DNA from: Octopus bimaculoides | Taxonomy: Eukaryota | DNA: 62,607 nt | Direction of reading: 5' to 3' | NCBI RefSeq assembly: GCF_001194135.2 | Contig: NC_068984.1 | Location: 58,500,114 to 58,562,720 of the forward strand | Part shown: in pieces, positions 13,784 through 26,044 of the stretch | How the letters are laid out: each line of letters starts with the position of its first letter | Numbering within the stretch: position 1 is the stretch's first letter | Translations under genes and position numbers: made by a program | Notes under the pieces: generated by a model | What the model saw: only the letters and a program-made list of their open reading frames with translations | Database searches by the model: none | Told to the model about the DNA's origin: nothing

Positions 13784-14966
13784 GTAAGACCTGCTTATAT
13801 GTTATTATAAACAATACTGTGCATGTGTAATGGTGTTTCCCTTCTAGTATGGAAAAAAAAAATCTATAAATTATTCTGGGCATATCGTTTACTTCTTTGC
13901 AAGCGATTTAACTCGAAAATAAATAAGTAAATGAATAAATAAAATAAAAATGAAAATGTAATTACGGCACTTGCTGAAATTACTATCTTAGTACTACCTT
14001 TTCCCCACTCCTTGTAAGAGCTGTTATTAGTTATTTAAGAACTTTATCTTTCACTCGACTTCGAAGAAGAAAAATACTGTTGCACTCCCAAAATGCGGCG
14101 AGAGAAAAAAAAATCATCAAAATTCTATAATTAAAATAAGTTTATCTGTTTTTTTCTTATCTTTTCATAACATTGCTTTTGTAGGTTTTAATTTTTACCT
14201 TTCTAAAAAGTTATTTTCAATCTGGCATCTAAACACACGCACGCACAAAACCATGCACTTCCTATTCAATATACAATGTTTAGCGCTGCCAATCAGAAAT
14301 ATAAACAATTATTTCAGACTATGAAATCTATAAATTTCATTTATTCTTTTGAAGGTTAGGTGGGCGTATCACTTGTAGTCGTAGTCGTTTAACCTCAGTT
14401 AACCCCGATTGAACACATCTATGATTAAAAGTATTCCAGTCGTGACCATCACAACAGTTTGGCTACCAGAGACTACACTATCCTATGTGATGTTGCTTTA
14501 AAAAAAAATTGCAGTTTGATAAAGCATATGCAGTTGCTATTTCTAGCAGGTCGAGCAACTGAGTTGAGGCACCTTCGTTGGCTTGTATCACATGTAAACA
14601 CCAGTTGTTGAATTACTGATAAGACAGAGCAGGGACTTGTTAATGATGCTGCAGCACACTTTACACGAGTGTTTTTTAAAGTGGAGTCTAGCGGGGGTCT
14701 CTCTTTGAAAAATACTTTTAAGGCCGTTAACAGCTTTTATCTTTGTTGTTGCTATAACGAATGAATTGGTTGTTTGCTGTAAATTTTAATCCAGTGAAAT
14801 CCAGTGCTCGATTCCAATCCTCAACCAATAGCACACGAAGTTCTTTATGTGGATTGGTATTTAATTAACAAATTGTTATGTTTTTGTTAACCGTTAGTAG
14901 TTAAGAAAATAATTATAATGATTCTTCTTCTCCTCCTCTTCCTCCTCCTCTTTCTTCTTCTTCTTG

Positions 14967-16592
14967 AAGGCTGTTAGCTGGCAGAATCGTTAGCACGCCG
15001 GTCAAAATGCTTAGCGGCTTTTCGTCCGTTTTTTACGTTCTGAGTTCAAATTCCGCCGAGGTTGACTTTGCCTTTCTTCCTTTCGGGATCGATAAATTAA
15101 GTACCAGTTGCGTACTGGGGTCGATCTAATCGATTGGCCCCCTTCCCCAAAATTTCGGGCTTTGTGCCTAAAGTAGAAAAGATTATTATTATTATTATTG
15201 AAAGCTGTTATCTGGCAGAATCGTTAGCGCGCCGGGCAAAATGCTCAGCGGCTTTTCGTCCGTCTTTACGTTTTGAGTTCAAATTCCGCCGAGGTCGACT
15301 TTGCCTTTCACCCTTTGGGGTCGATAAATTTAGTATCAGTGAAACACTGGGATTGATGTAATCGACTAGTTTCCTCCCTCAAAATTTCAGGCCTTGTGCC
15401 TTTAGCAGAAAGGATTATTATTATTATTATTGAAAGCAGTGAACTGGCAGAATCGTTAGCATGCCAGGCAAAATGCTTTGTGGCATTTCGTCTGTCATTA
15501 CGTTCTGAGTTCAAATTCCACTGATGTCAACTTTGCCTTTCATCCTTGTGGTCTCAATAAAATAAGTACCAGTTGAACATTGGGGGGTCGACGTAATCGA
15601 CTCACCCCACCCCCGAAATTGCTGCCCTTGTGGCAAAATTTGAAACCATTATTATTATTATTATTATTATTGTTATTATTATTGAAAGCAGTGAGCTGGC
15701 AGAATTGTTAGCATGCCAGGCAAAATGCTTAGCGACATTTCATTTGTCTTTACATTCTGAGTTCAAATTCCACTGAGGTCGCCTTTGCATTTCATCCTCT
15801 TGAGGTCAATAAATTAAGTACCAATGAAACACTGGGGTTAATGTAATCGATGAGTTCCCTCCTGCAATATTTCAGGTTTTGTGTCTATGGTAGAAAGGAT
15901 TATTATTATTATTATTATTATCAAGGCAGCGAGCTGGTAGAATTGCTGGCGTGCTGGACAAACTGCTTAGTGGTATTTCGCCTTTCACTATGTTCTGAGT
16001 TCAAATCCTGCTGAGGTTGACTTTGCCTTTCATCCTTTAAGTACCAGTCAAGTACTGGGGTTGATGTAATTGATTGTCCCCCTCCCCACAAAAAATCCAG
16101 GCTTAGTGCCTATAGTGGAAAGGATTATTATTACTATTATTATTGTGGCAAGCTGGCAGAATCCTTACTGTGCCAAAAAAAAAATGCTTAGCAGCATTTC
16201 GTCCATCTTTACATTTTGAGTTCAAATTGCGCCAAGGTCAACTTTGCCTTTCATCCTTTCAGGGTTAATAAAATAAGTGCCAGTTGAGCACTGGGGTCAT
16301 TGTAATGACTTCTCACCCCCACTGAAATTGCTGGCCTTGTGTCAGAATTTGAAACTATTATTATTATTGTGGTGAGCTGGCAGAAACTGCACTGGAAAAA
16401 TTACTTAGCTGTATTTCTTCCAACTACATTCTGATTTCAAATTCTTCTGAGATTGACTGAAATGAATTCTTTCAGAGTCGATAGAATAAGTACCAGTTGG
16501 GAACTGGGGTTGATATAACTTGACTTGCCCTTCCTCCAAATTTCTGGCCTTGTGCCAAAATTTGAATTATTATTATTAGGATTAGTATTATT
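14967..16592 (+). mobile_element. Seven head-to-tail family-A SINE copies separated by (ATT)n; two further decayed copies at ~16830-17130
   Basis: Units start at ~14967, 15200, 15432, 15684, 15922, 16145 and 16369; each has tggcagaat (A-box-like), gagttcaaattc (B-box) and gactttgcctttcatcc core. Confidence 0.92.
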
Positions 16593-17259
16593 AAGGCTAG
16601 GGTTGTGATACGTCCGTAGTTTCCAGGACATGTTTTGATGTCAAAATTTGAATCTGGGAAGAATTTTAAAAATTCTCTGAAAGTCTGGAATCTCCACCTC
16701 TATTACTTACAAAAATTATATATTTAACATCAAAGGTATGTTGGGTAGAGCTACAGAGGAGCATGGTAATTGTCAGTGGAGGTACCTTAAATTTTGACTG
16801 TTCAGGTATGGCAATGCTAATTAAAGCAACAAATTGGCAGAATCATTAGTGTTGGACAAAATACCTAGCAGTATTTCTTCTGACTCATTATGTTCTAAGT
16901 TCAAATTCTGCCAGGATCAACTTTGCCTTTTATCACTTATGAGTCAATAAAATAAGTTCCAGTCAAGTATTGGAGTCAATGTAATTCACTTCACCCTCCC
17001 CTCAAATTACTGGCCTTCTCCCAAAATCAGAGCTGAGCAGAATCATTAGAGCATCAGATGATCTAGTGGCATTTCTTCCAGTTTTATGTTTTGAGTTCAA
17101 ATTCTGCCACAGTCAACTTTAAACCTTAAAGGGATTTAGTTGAAGAAATTGATCCCAGCACTTATTCTTTGTGAGCCTAGTACTTATTCTATCAGTCTCT
17201 TTTGCTGAACCACTAAGTTACAAGGATTTAAACACACCAGTATCAGTTATCAAGTAATG

Positions 17260-17552
17260 ACCAGGGGCAAATACAACATTCGACAGTGCCGCCGGACTGG
17301 CTCCCGTGCAGGTAGCATGTAAAAACACCTTTTGAGCATGGTCATTGCCTGAACCGCCTGACTGTCCCTTGTGCCGGTGACACGTAAGAGCACCAACTAC
17401 ACTCCTGGAGTGGTTGGCATTAGGAAGGGCATCCAGCTGTAGAAACTTAGCCAAATCAGATTGAGCTTGGTGCAGCCTCTGGCTCACCAGTCCTCAGTCA
17501 AACCGTCCAACCTATGCCAGCATGGAAAGCAGACGTTAAATGATGATGATGT
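17260..17552 (+). mobile_element. RTE-type LINE 3' UTR fragment with (GAT)n tail; similar fragments at 25170-25520 (+) and 43370-43515 (-)
   Basis: aggaagggcatccagctgtagaaac...gacgttaaatgatgatgat, same family as the tails of the RT-containing copies. Confidence 0.8.
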
Positions 17553-20067
17553 TTACCAAATCCACTCACTTTATGAATATATTGTACTACCATTTCCTAA
17601 GAAAAACATTCTTAAACACACCTATAGTAGAAGGTACTTGCCCAAGGTGCCACACAGTGGGATTGAACCTGGAACTATGTGGTTGGGAAGTAAGCATCTT
17701 ACCACACAGCCGTGACTACACAAATTATATGTATGCAAATTATTTACTTATAACTAGGACAACAGATAGGAAAATACTAATTGTGTACAATTTTTTTAAA
17801 TTATTGTCATTTGCAATCTGGCCTTCGAAAATACTTTGTAGTGTTCCTTTCTCTGGTGTCCTAAGCATATTGCTTATTTTGTTTATTGCTTAACCCAGCT
17901 CTGACAATGGAAAAGCATAACATTAATGATAAAGTATTAGGAAGCATATTCAGTTCAGTCTGGAAGATGAGGCATAATGAAGAATACCAGTAGAGAAAAG
18001 GACTCAGTGTTTGATGATAAGAAGTTGACAATTGTTAATGAGAGTATGTTTGCATTTTATGGATATGGACTGTGACTATGAATCAGTTGTAAGAAATATA
18101 ACGCTGCATGGTGGGAAGACGTGGAACTGGGCATGGAAGATCTTTGAGGATTAGAGAAACAGGTTAAATATAGTCTGTTAAACAGACAACAGGAACTTCT
18201 ATGAAAGGTAGAATGAATACTAGGTGAGCATGGTGTACTAAGGGGAAAAAAAGGCACTGGCATATGTTTATATCTGTTGGGAAAAGAGGTGCAATGAGCT
18301 AACAATGAAAAGTACTTGAAGTAAAGAAAGCAGTTGTGAGATCAAATTTCAGGCCTCATAGACAAGATAAGTTAGGATTGAGAAGAAGCAATAATGGGTT
18401 ATACAGTTTCTGTTTACAAAATTCTACTCACATGATATTGACCAGCCTGAAGTTATGGTAGACAGTACTTGGCCAATGTGCTACACATTGAAATTGAACT
18501 TGGAACTAAATGATTCTAAAGCAACTTTAATTACAGAGCCATAGTTGCAGTCTTATTCAGTACAGTAGATCTGTCCCATTAAATCCAAGGTAGCATTGAA
18601 AAATGTATATTAAAATTAGGATGACAGAGATGATGTGTGATGAGTATTTTTAAAGCTATACATGATGGGTGCACTATTCAAGATGTTTTAGTAGTTCCTT
18701 GGTATGTAGCATAATTCTGAAATATCATTGATTGCTTTATTGTGTCAGCAGTTGTTCAATAAATTATTCTTTACAAGGGTCAGCTGAAAAGCTCATTGGC
18801 TGACCAAGATATTCTCCTGGAATATGACCAGATGAGGTTTATTTTTCAATGCAGTCCCCCTTGTGGTCCACTTCTTCCATTGGTGCTCTGAAAAGTAAAC
18901 CCATTGAAGGTTATTGTATTGCAAGGCTTATTATGTAAACAACTAAAATCCACCAAATGTTTCCTGTAGGACATGTTGTTTTTAGCTATTCATTAGTTGC
19001 CCCACTTAGACTGTACATCAACATGTCATTTGTTGATATATTCCCTATTCATTGTCATATGTGATTTAATTTTTCATTTTCTAATTAACTCTTATTTTTT
19101 TGAAATGATGAATTTTTGCATGAAACGGGAACTAATTTTTTAAAATTATTTTCATGTTTGTTGACATGTAGTCAAATTCTAATTAAATACCTTGACGTTT
19201 GGTGGACGTGCGTGGATTAGCAGTTAGGGTGTTGGTAAGATTATGGTTCAAATACTTGGACTAGGCAATGTGTTGTGTTCTTGAGAAAAACTCTTCAATG
19301 CAAAAACGAGTAATGTGGTGAAGTTGCGGCAGGGCTGGCAAGCCAGCGATGAATGGTAGACTTGCTTAAAAACAAACAGATGGGAACTTCAGGACTAACA
19401 GGCCATAGTCCTACACTGGTGTTGGGTATTACATTTTTTACCTTGACACTTCATCCTATTGATAAACTACTGGGCATAAGTTAATTCAAAATTCTCGTCC
19501 TGTTGATGGTGGTAGGGGTAGGAACAGAGCTGAACAGCAGGTCTTCAGAGAAGAAAGCCCCACGCAAGCCAAGCTGCATCCAGGTCATGACTCCTGTGTC
19601 CCCTTCTGCTGACACATTTTAGCCACTTGGATGTCAGAGACTTGCGCATTTAAACCGCTTGGAGATTTCATCTAATTGTAACCTCTCTCTGTTGACACAA
19701 CTTTCAGACTTGTTCATAATGAAGAAATAACGTTGGTTCTCATGGTAGCAGGGAATGATATTATTCAGAGTTATTTCCCTTAACGTTAAAATAAAGAAAA
19801 AATATTTGCCTTCAAACGGCGTTGTGGTCGTTTATGTTCCTCTTCGACGCCATCTAGCTAGTACATTTCTGATATTGCCTGTAGGGCTTCCCTGTACTTT
19901 TTGGTTATCTCCTCGCTCCCCCCACCATTAAAAAATTGGGTTATCTCCCCCAACTAAAAAAATTGTTTAACCCTCAATAAAACAAAAGAAAAAAATGAAA
20001 AATTAATAAACATGAAAAGTGAAAAGATTAAACATCTTATTGCATCTAATAATATTTTTATAACAAA

Positions 20068-20910
20068 AAGGCTGCGAGCTGGCAGAAACGTTAGCACGCC
20101 AGGCGAAATGCTTAGCGGTATTTCGTTTCAAATTCCCCCAAGGTTGACCTTGCCTTTCATCCTTTTAGGGTCGTAAATTAAGTACCAGTTGTATACTGGG
20201 TCGATCTAATCGACTGGCCGGATCTTTTTTAAAACGGGGGCCACATTTTTCATTAATGTTTTACGTAGTGTTTTTGGTACCGAAAGACTTTCAAACTTCG
20301 TATACTTATCTATTTTGTGTTATAGAACAGAAAAATACTTTTGNNNNNNNNNNNNNNNNNNNNNNNNNNNNNNNNNNNNNNNNNNNNNNNNNNNNNNNNN
20401 NNNNNNNNNNNGTAAAAAATTGTCTTATTTCGATAATTTCAACCATTCACTGACAAGTATTCAGTTGTTTACATTTACTCCTTTGGCTCATTAAGCGATG
20501 TAAAGCGTATTTAATCTCCATACCTTCGTTTTATTTGCTTTTTTCATTTTAAATTTGCTTTAACCCTAACCCTAACCCTAACCCTAGGGTTAGGGTTAGA
20601 GTTAGGGTTAGGGTTAGGGTTAATTGTTTCAGAATCGTTTGTTTATGTAGTCGGCACTTAATGTATATCGGCTGAATGGACGTCAGTGATTGGTTGAAAT
20701 TACAGAAATATGACAACTTTAACATGGAATAATTTATGGATTTCTTTTTTTTTAAAGAAGACTAAGAGAAAAAGATGTTTTATATGACACATTCTACCAG
20801 TGTTCCAAGTTTCAAAGTGTTTCGTTAATGAAAAATGTGGCCCCCGTTTTAAAAAAGATCCGACTGGCCCCCTCCCCAAAAATTTCGGGCCTTGAGCCTA
20901 GAGTAAAAAA
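20068..20910 (+). mobile_element. Family-A SINE interrupted by a MITE
   Basis: SINE body breaks at 20218 and resumes at 20863; flanked by aatattttt(a/g)taacaaa, a ~17-bp TSD with one mismatch. Confidence 0.8.
20219..20862. mobile_element. MITE with perfect 38-bp TIRs and 6-bp TSD (ACTGGC), containing (TAACCC)n/(GGGTTA)n
   Basis: cggatcttttttaaaacgggggccacatttttcattaa at 20219-20256 and its reverse complement at 20825-20862; actggc at 20213-20218 and 20863-20868. Confidence 0.9.
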
Positions 20911-23239
20911 GAATATTTTTGTAACAAATCATACAAAACTGAAAAAACTAATAAACATGAAAACTGAGAAAATTAAACATCTTATTGAATCTAATAACAT
21001 TTCTATAACAAATCATACCGTGCCTATTAAGGAGGCCAAAAGTCAACAATGTGTTGGTATTGAATCTAACCCTCTTAATCCAATCTCCTGTCACCGCGTA
21101 AACTCAACTTTTTAGTGGGGAGATAACCCAGTTTTTTAATGGCAATTTTATAATGGGGGTGAAATAACCAAAAAGTACGAAGCTTCACAGAGACTGAGAG
21201 TTGTTTCATTAAATCGTAAGCAGATTTGCCCACAAAACCTCTGGCTCCAACCTTGACCCGGAAGTTTGCTTCTCTGAGGCTGTTGGCCAGACTGGTGTAT
21301 TTTTTCGTTGCGAACATCTGTGCCTCTTTCATTCTATTTTCAAATGGCTAGGTGAGTTCAGTTAAAATCAGTTACTTTGATGAACTGAAATGGAGTATGA
21401 TATCCAGCTTCAAACCACTCTTCCTGATGATTTCTGATTGTTTTGTTAATCCTAGAAAGCCTGCTGAGCATGCCCAGTCATCTGAACCACCCAGAAGACT
21501 CCATTCCCGTTCTCCATGAGGCACAGCTGCTCCTAACCATGATTTTCTGCCTCCTGCCATGGAGAATGTTGGGCAATCTGGTCTCTTTTGACTAAGTGAA
21601 GGCGAAAATTTGTGAGAAAGGAAACACATTTAATGTGATGTGAATTGAACTCAGAGCCATAAATTAGATACTGTAAAAATGTCTTTATCACCAATTTTCA
21701 TTATACTGTATTTATGTTTGATAATTTTATTTGAATAGGCGTTATTCAAAAATTTGTGAGAAATAGGTGCAGGTACGGCTGTGTGGTAAGAAGCTTGCTT
21801 CCCAACCACATGTTTCCGGGTTCAGTCCCACTGCATGGCACCTTGGGCAAGTGTCTTCTACTATAGCCTTGGGCTGACCAAAACCTTGCGAGTGGATTTG
21901 GTAAATGGAAAGAGAAAGAAGCCTGTTGTGTGTGTATGTATATATATATATATATATNNNNNNNNNNNNNNNNNNNNNNNNNNNNNNNNNNNNNNNNNNN
22001 NNNNNNNNNNNNNNNNNNNNNNNNNNNNNNNNNNNNNNNNNNNNNNNNNNNNNNNNNNNNNNNNNNNNNNNNNNNNNNNNNNNNNNNNNNNNNNNNNNNN
22101 NNNNNNNNNNNNNNNNNNNNNNNNNNNNNNNNNNNNNNNNNNNNNNNNNNNNNNNNNNNNNNNNNNNNNNNNNNNNNNNNNNNNNNNNNNNNNNNNNNNN
22201 NNNNNNNNNNNNNNNNNNNNNNNNNNNNNNNNNNNNNNNNNNNNNNNNNNNNNNNNNNNNNNNNNNNNNNNNNNNNNNNNNTTTTTTTTTTTTTTTTTTG
22301 TTTCAAATGCTTTTTGTTTTATCAATTGCATTGGTAGTGGCTTAGTGCCAATTCAGTGCAAGGTGTTGGACTGTTGACATTATTACATTTGTCCGAACCT
22401 TACTACAGCCACTGTGTTCTGCTTTCTTGTCAAGTTTCATTAGTTTGTTTTTTTCAGACAGTACATCAATGGTAGAGGAAAGAACCAGTAGTATAAAAAG
22501 TATTCAGTTGTAACATGGGCTCCAATGTTATGCAAATATCTAAATGTGGAAAACAAGTTTAACCATATTAGCATTTTTAAAAAACTGTTGTCAGTAAAAC
22601 ACCATGTAATTATGGTGTCTATTTCTCTGTTAATCTATTTTAATGTTAACCTTTTTGATATCAATCTACCGGAGACTGCTGCTGTTTCTAATAAAAATGA
22701 AAAAAACATTGCTTGAAGTGATTGTATTTAAATTAAAACTGCACACCATAATTTTATATAATAACCATTTATTATGTTGCAAACACTATATTAATATACT
22801 AATAAATGGAAAACTTATGTGACTTCTTCTAAATTCTTAATTATTAAAAAATTAATTGAAAAGAAGTACATCAATAAAAGGAGGAGATAAGGACTCCACA
22901 AACTGCAATTACAGGCAACTCACTTTAAAGCAGTAGCTTTGAATAAAAGCAGATACAGAGAAGAGAAGACTTTTTGGTTCTGCTGCAGACAGCCTTTTAT
23001 TGCTGATGGCAAGATAAAAATCAATTCAATCCATGGTAGGTCATGGTAGGGAAGGCATCCAACTGTGAAAGCCATGCCAAGAATAAGGAAGAAGAGGTGA
23101 CATAGATTTCACAAACATCAGTGAGATAAGTATATGAAAAATTCTTTATTCCTACTACTTATGGCAGCATGATAGAAATGCACCCAGTGTATGCTGTAAA
23201 GTGGTTGGTAATAGAAAGGAAATTTGTATGTAAAAACAA

Positions 23240-24990
23240 AGCACTTACCTCAAGTCAACCATGATTGGGAGGTGAAGTTGTTGTGTTGCTTTGAACCATC
23301 TTGGACCCAGAAAGGAAATTGGTGGCACTAGACATGACGAACAGTGAAGGTCATAGCTTCAGATTAGTAACCATCTATGGATCATCAGAGGTCAGGTGTC
23401 CAGATTTCTGTAGGTATCTACAGTGTCTCCTGGAGACATCTCACTCCTTGCTCTAGTGGGACTTGGGCTCTGTGGAACTAGCTGATTGAAGTGGTGGGTG
23501 TTAAAGTCTTACAAACCTGCTCAGATGTTTCCAACTGCCTATCAGGTACTGACTGGATTTCTCAGATGTGCCAATGTGGTCATGGACAAACTGTATCAGG
23601 TTACCCACATTATTTCTAGATAGAGTATTCAGTAGTGTTTCTTGAAAGAGTATTTCAGCTGACTAGTAGATAAGGATAGCATAGGTTGTCCACAATTTAA
23701 AACCAGCTACACAGACCACAAATTTGTGCTCTGTACAATTGACTTGGATAGGCTTTGTAGGCAGAGATCTGGTCACTGGAAACTGAATGCATCACTCTCA
23801 GCACACAATGCTTACAGAGAGCAGATCAGCAAATTAGTTAAGTGGGCATTGACAGGATAAATTGTTAACAATTAGTAGTTTGCCTTGAAAAGAGTAATTT
23901 AAAAAAAAAACAGAATTGATTAACTTTAGTAAGGAAGTAGTGATAGAGAAAACTAGAATAGAGGGTAACTTAGAAACTGCTTAGGAAAGGCAACTGACAT
24001 GCCTGTGATGAGATTGATTGGCTTTGATCAATTCTTGAACATGAAGCCCAAAGGCTATATTGCAAGGCTAAGGTTTTGTGCTCTAAGTCATGAGGAGACA
24101 AAAGCAGTTTAATGAGCCTAAGTGGCAGAAATGCAAAATGAAGACAAAGACACAATTCGGTTTTTGGCAGACCATGGTGGATATATGTTACTTGATCCCA
24201 AATAGTTGTGTATGGATTTTCAGTAATGCTTTGCTTGATTGTTTGGGATGGGTGGAAGGCCAGATCACAGGATGAACTTTTGTGTCTATTTCAATGGCCT
24301 ACCACAACTCACAACCAGAAAGGCAGAATGCTGCAAAAAGCTAATGACAGCTTAAGAAATAAAAGAAGTGATGGTTGGCTATACAGAGGAAAAATTGCCA
24401 AGCCTGGATGGTCTGCCATATGAGCTTTACTTTATATGCCAGATTTGTTTGGAGACCTCTTGACAGATATTGATTGCAACTAACAGCAAAATGGAAGAAT
24501 GCTCAGTTCTGTGAATTAAGGAATGGTGCTGAGAAAGAACCCAAACAAATGGGATAACATTGATAATTTTTTTGCCGACAATTCTGTTCAACTCAGATTT
24601 CAAGATTTTTGCTAAGAAGCTATCATTGATGGTCTGATTGGGGATATATAAACATGTACCATCCTTACCTATCCACAACAGCCTCCACCTTGTGCAATAC
24701 ATCGTAGAGAGGTAGGGTAAGAAATCTCTCATGGGAGGCAGGGGTGGGGTGCCCTGATCAACTTAGATCGAAAACTTTCAATAAGATTGACATCTAATAC
24801 TTGGTGGTTATCCTTACAACAGCTGGTTTAAGTCCCATTTTCTGTGATTGACAATAAATCTGCTTGGTGGTTAAGGTGAACAGCCACCTATCAACCATTC
24901 AGCATCATGTGCTGGGTCCAGCAAGGGTGTCCCTTCTCATCCTTAAGAAACATACTGACTCTTGAACCACTACCACAGAAACTAGAGACA
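23240..24990 (+). mobile_element. Heavily decayed Tx1/L1-type LINE ORF2 (AP endonuclease plus RT start)
   Basis: Relic motifs in order: LDRV, TDHKFV, GHWKLNAS, PG.DGLPYE, NSDFKI, F.KID, VQQGCP; many stops and frameshifts. Confidence 0.78.
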
Positions 24991-25574
24991 TATCCAACCA
25001 AGATCACTTTTGGTTTTTATCCCTCTGGGGTTGATAAAATAAAGTACTAGTAAGTACTGGTGTTGATTGAATCAACCAATCCCTACTTCCCCTCAAAAAT
25101 TATTGGCCTTATATCTAAATTAGGAACCTTTATATACATAGTTTATAAGTAATCATATGCAGTAGTTAATATATGTTATGCACCATTTTGAGCGTGGCCG
25201 TTGCCAGTACCGCCTGACTGGCTCCTGTAGGATTTTCGAGCGAGATCGTTGCCAGTGCCCCTGGACTGGCTTGTGCGGGTGGCACATAAAAGACACCATT
25301 TCGAGCGTGGCCGTTTTCGTGCGGGTGACACGTAAAAGCACCCACTACACTCTCTGAGTGGTTGGCGTTAGGAAGGGCATCCAGCTGTAGAAACTCTGCC
25401 AAATCAGACTGGAGCCTGGTGTTGCCATCCGGTTTCACCAGTCCTCAGTCAAATCGTCCAACCCATGCTAGCATGGAAGGCGGACGTTAAACGATGATGA
25501 TGATGATGATGATGATGATGTCTTGTTTGTAAAATCATGCTTCAATAATTCATACATACAATTGTTGACATCTT

Positions 25575-25790
25575 GTATACACAGATATCTCAAAAGTAAA
25601 TAGACGTCCTCATTTAGCCATTTTATCTGTGCTGACCCAACTTAGTGCTTCAAACTTGTTAATGTATTATGTACAGGGCATGTCTACTGAATGCTAGATC
25701 AAGTATTTAAATGCGTCAAATGACATTATTTATTTTCTAGAAATAAATCTTTTGCAAAGGATGGTGTCTATTTATTTTCAAGTTGTCTGT
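25575..25790. mobile_element. ~220-bp TIR-bearing MITE; second copy at ~56610-56830
   Basis: Shared core caaacttg...ggcatgtctact...aagtatttaaatgc.tcaaatga; termini ctcaaaa.taaatagacac / gtgtctattta.ttttgag are inverted. Confidence 0.65.
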
Positions 25791-25853
25791 GTAATTTTTT
25801 AAAAAATATTTCCATAGTATTTGTTTTTCTCTTAACTGATTGCAATTTTCTAG

Positions 25854-26044
25854 ATCAGAAAGCACACCAAAGTGTGTAGTGCACATTTTAGACCTGACGA
25901 TTTTAAGCGAACTTTGACTGGGAGACGAGATCTACGAAAAGGAGCAATTCCATGCATATTCAGATGGACTACAAAATCCAAAGACAGCCAAAACAACAAT
26001 AAATCCTCACACAGCCTGAAGTCATTGAACAGGCAACTAGATCG
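25854..26044 (+). CDS. THAP-domain gene exon 2 (IRKHTKVCSAHFRPDDF...LRKGAIPCIF...QLDR)
   Basis: ttttctag acceptor, CG|gtaaat donor; completes C2CH (VCSAHF) and the AVPTIF-like box (AIPCIF). Confidence 0.9.

Larger units (their letters stand above)
19888..21180. mobile_element. MITE-like element with long imperfect TIRs and an internal ~90-bp tandem repeat
   Basis: gtactttttggttat...ccattaaaaaattgggttatctcccc on the left mirrors ggggagataacccagttttttaatgg...ataaccaaaaagtac on the right; exact ends uncertain. Confidence 0.65.
19820..21620 (-). mobile_element. HERO/R2-like (restriction-like endonuclease) non-LTR retrotransposon 3' fragment, split by a nested insertion at ~19888-21180
   Basis: Decayed translation LKLDIIL...ELT*PFE...EA...KKYTSL...VGARGFVGKS, resuming as ALQAISE near 19865-19886; matches the PD..ELTVPWE..KxxKY..EVGxRGF RLE pattern. 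Confidence 0.75.
9047..22281. other. Assembly gaps (N runs) at 9047-9197, 10314-10605, 20344-20411 and 21958-22281
   Basis: Runs of n in the sequence. Confidence 0.99.

Noticed and set aside
14967-16592. tRNA gene cluster
   Set aside because: A/B boxes are present but there is no cloverleaf, and units continue into SINE body and tail.
20559-20623. Ancient telomere fusion site
   Set aside because: Orientation is (CCCTAA)n-(TTAGGG)n, opposite to an end-to-end fusion, and the tract lies inside a TIR element.
8856-22377. X-containing ORFs at 8856-9285, 10311-10625, 20256-20453 and 21746-22377
   Set aside because: Artefacts of reading through N gaps.
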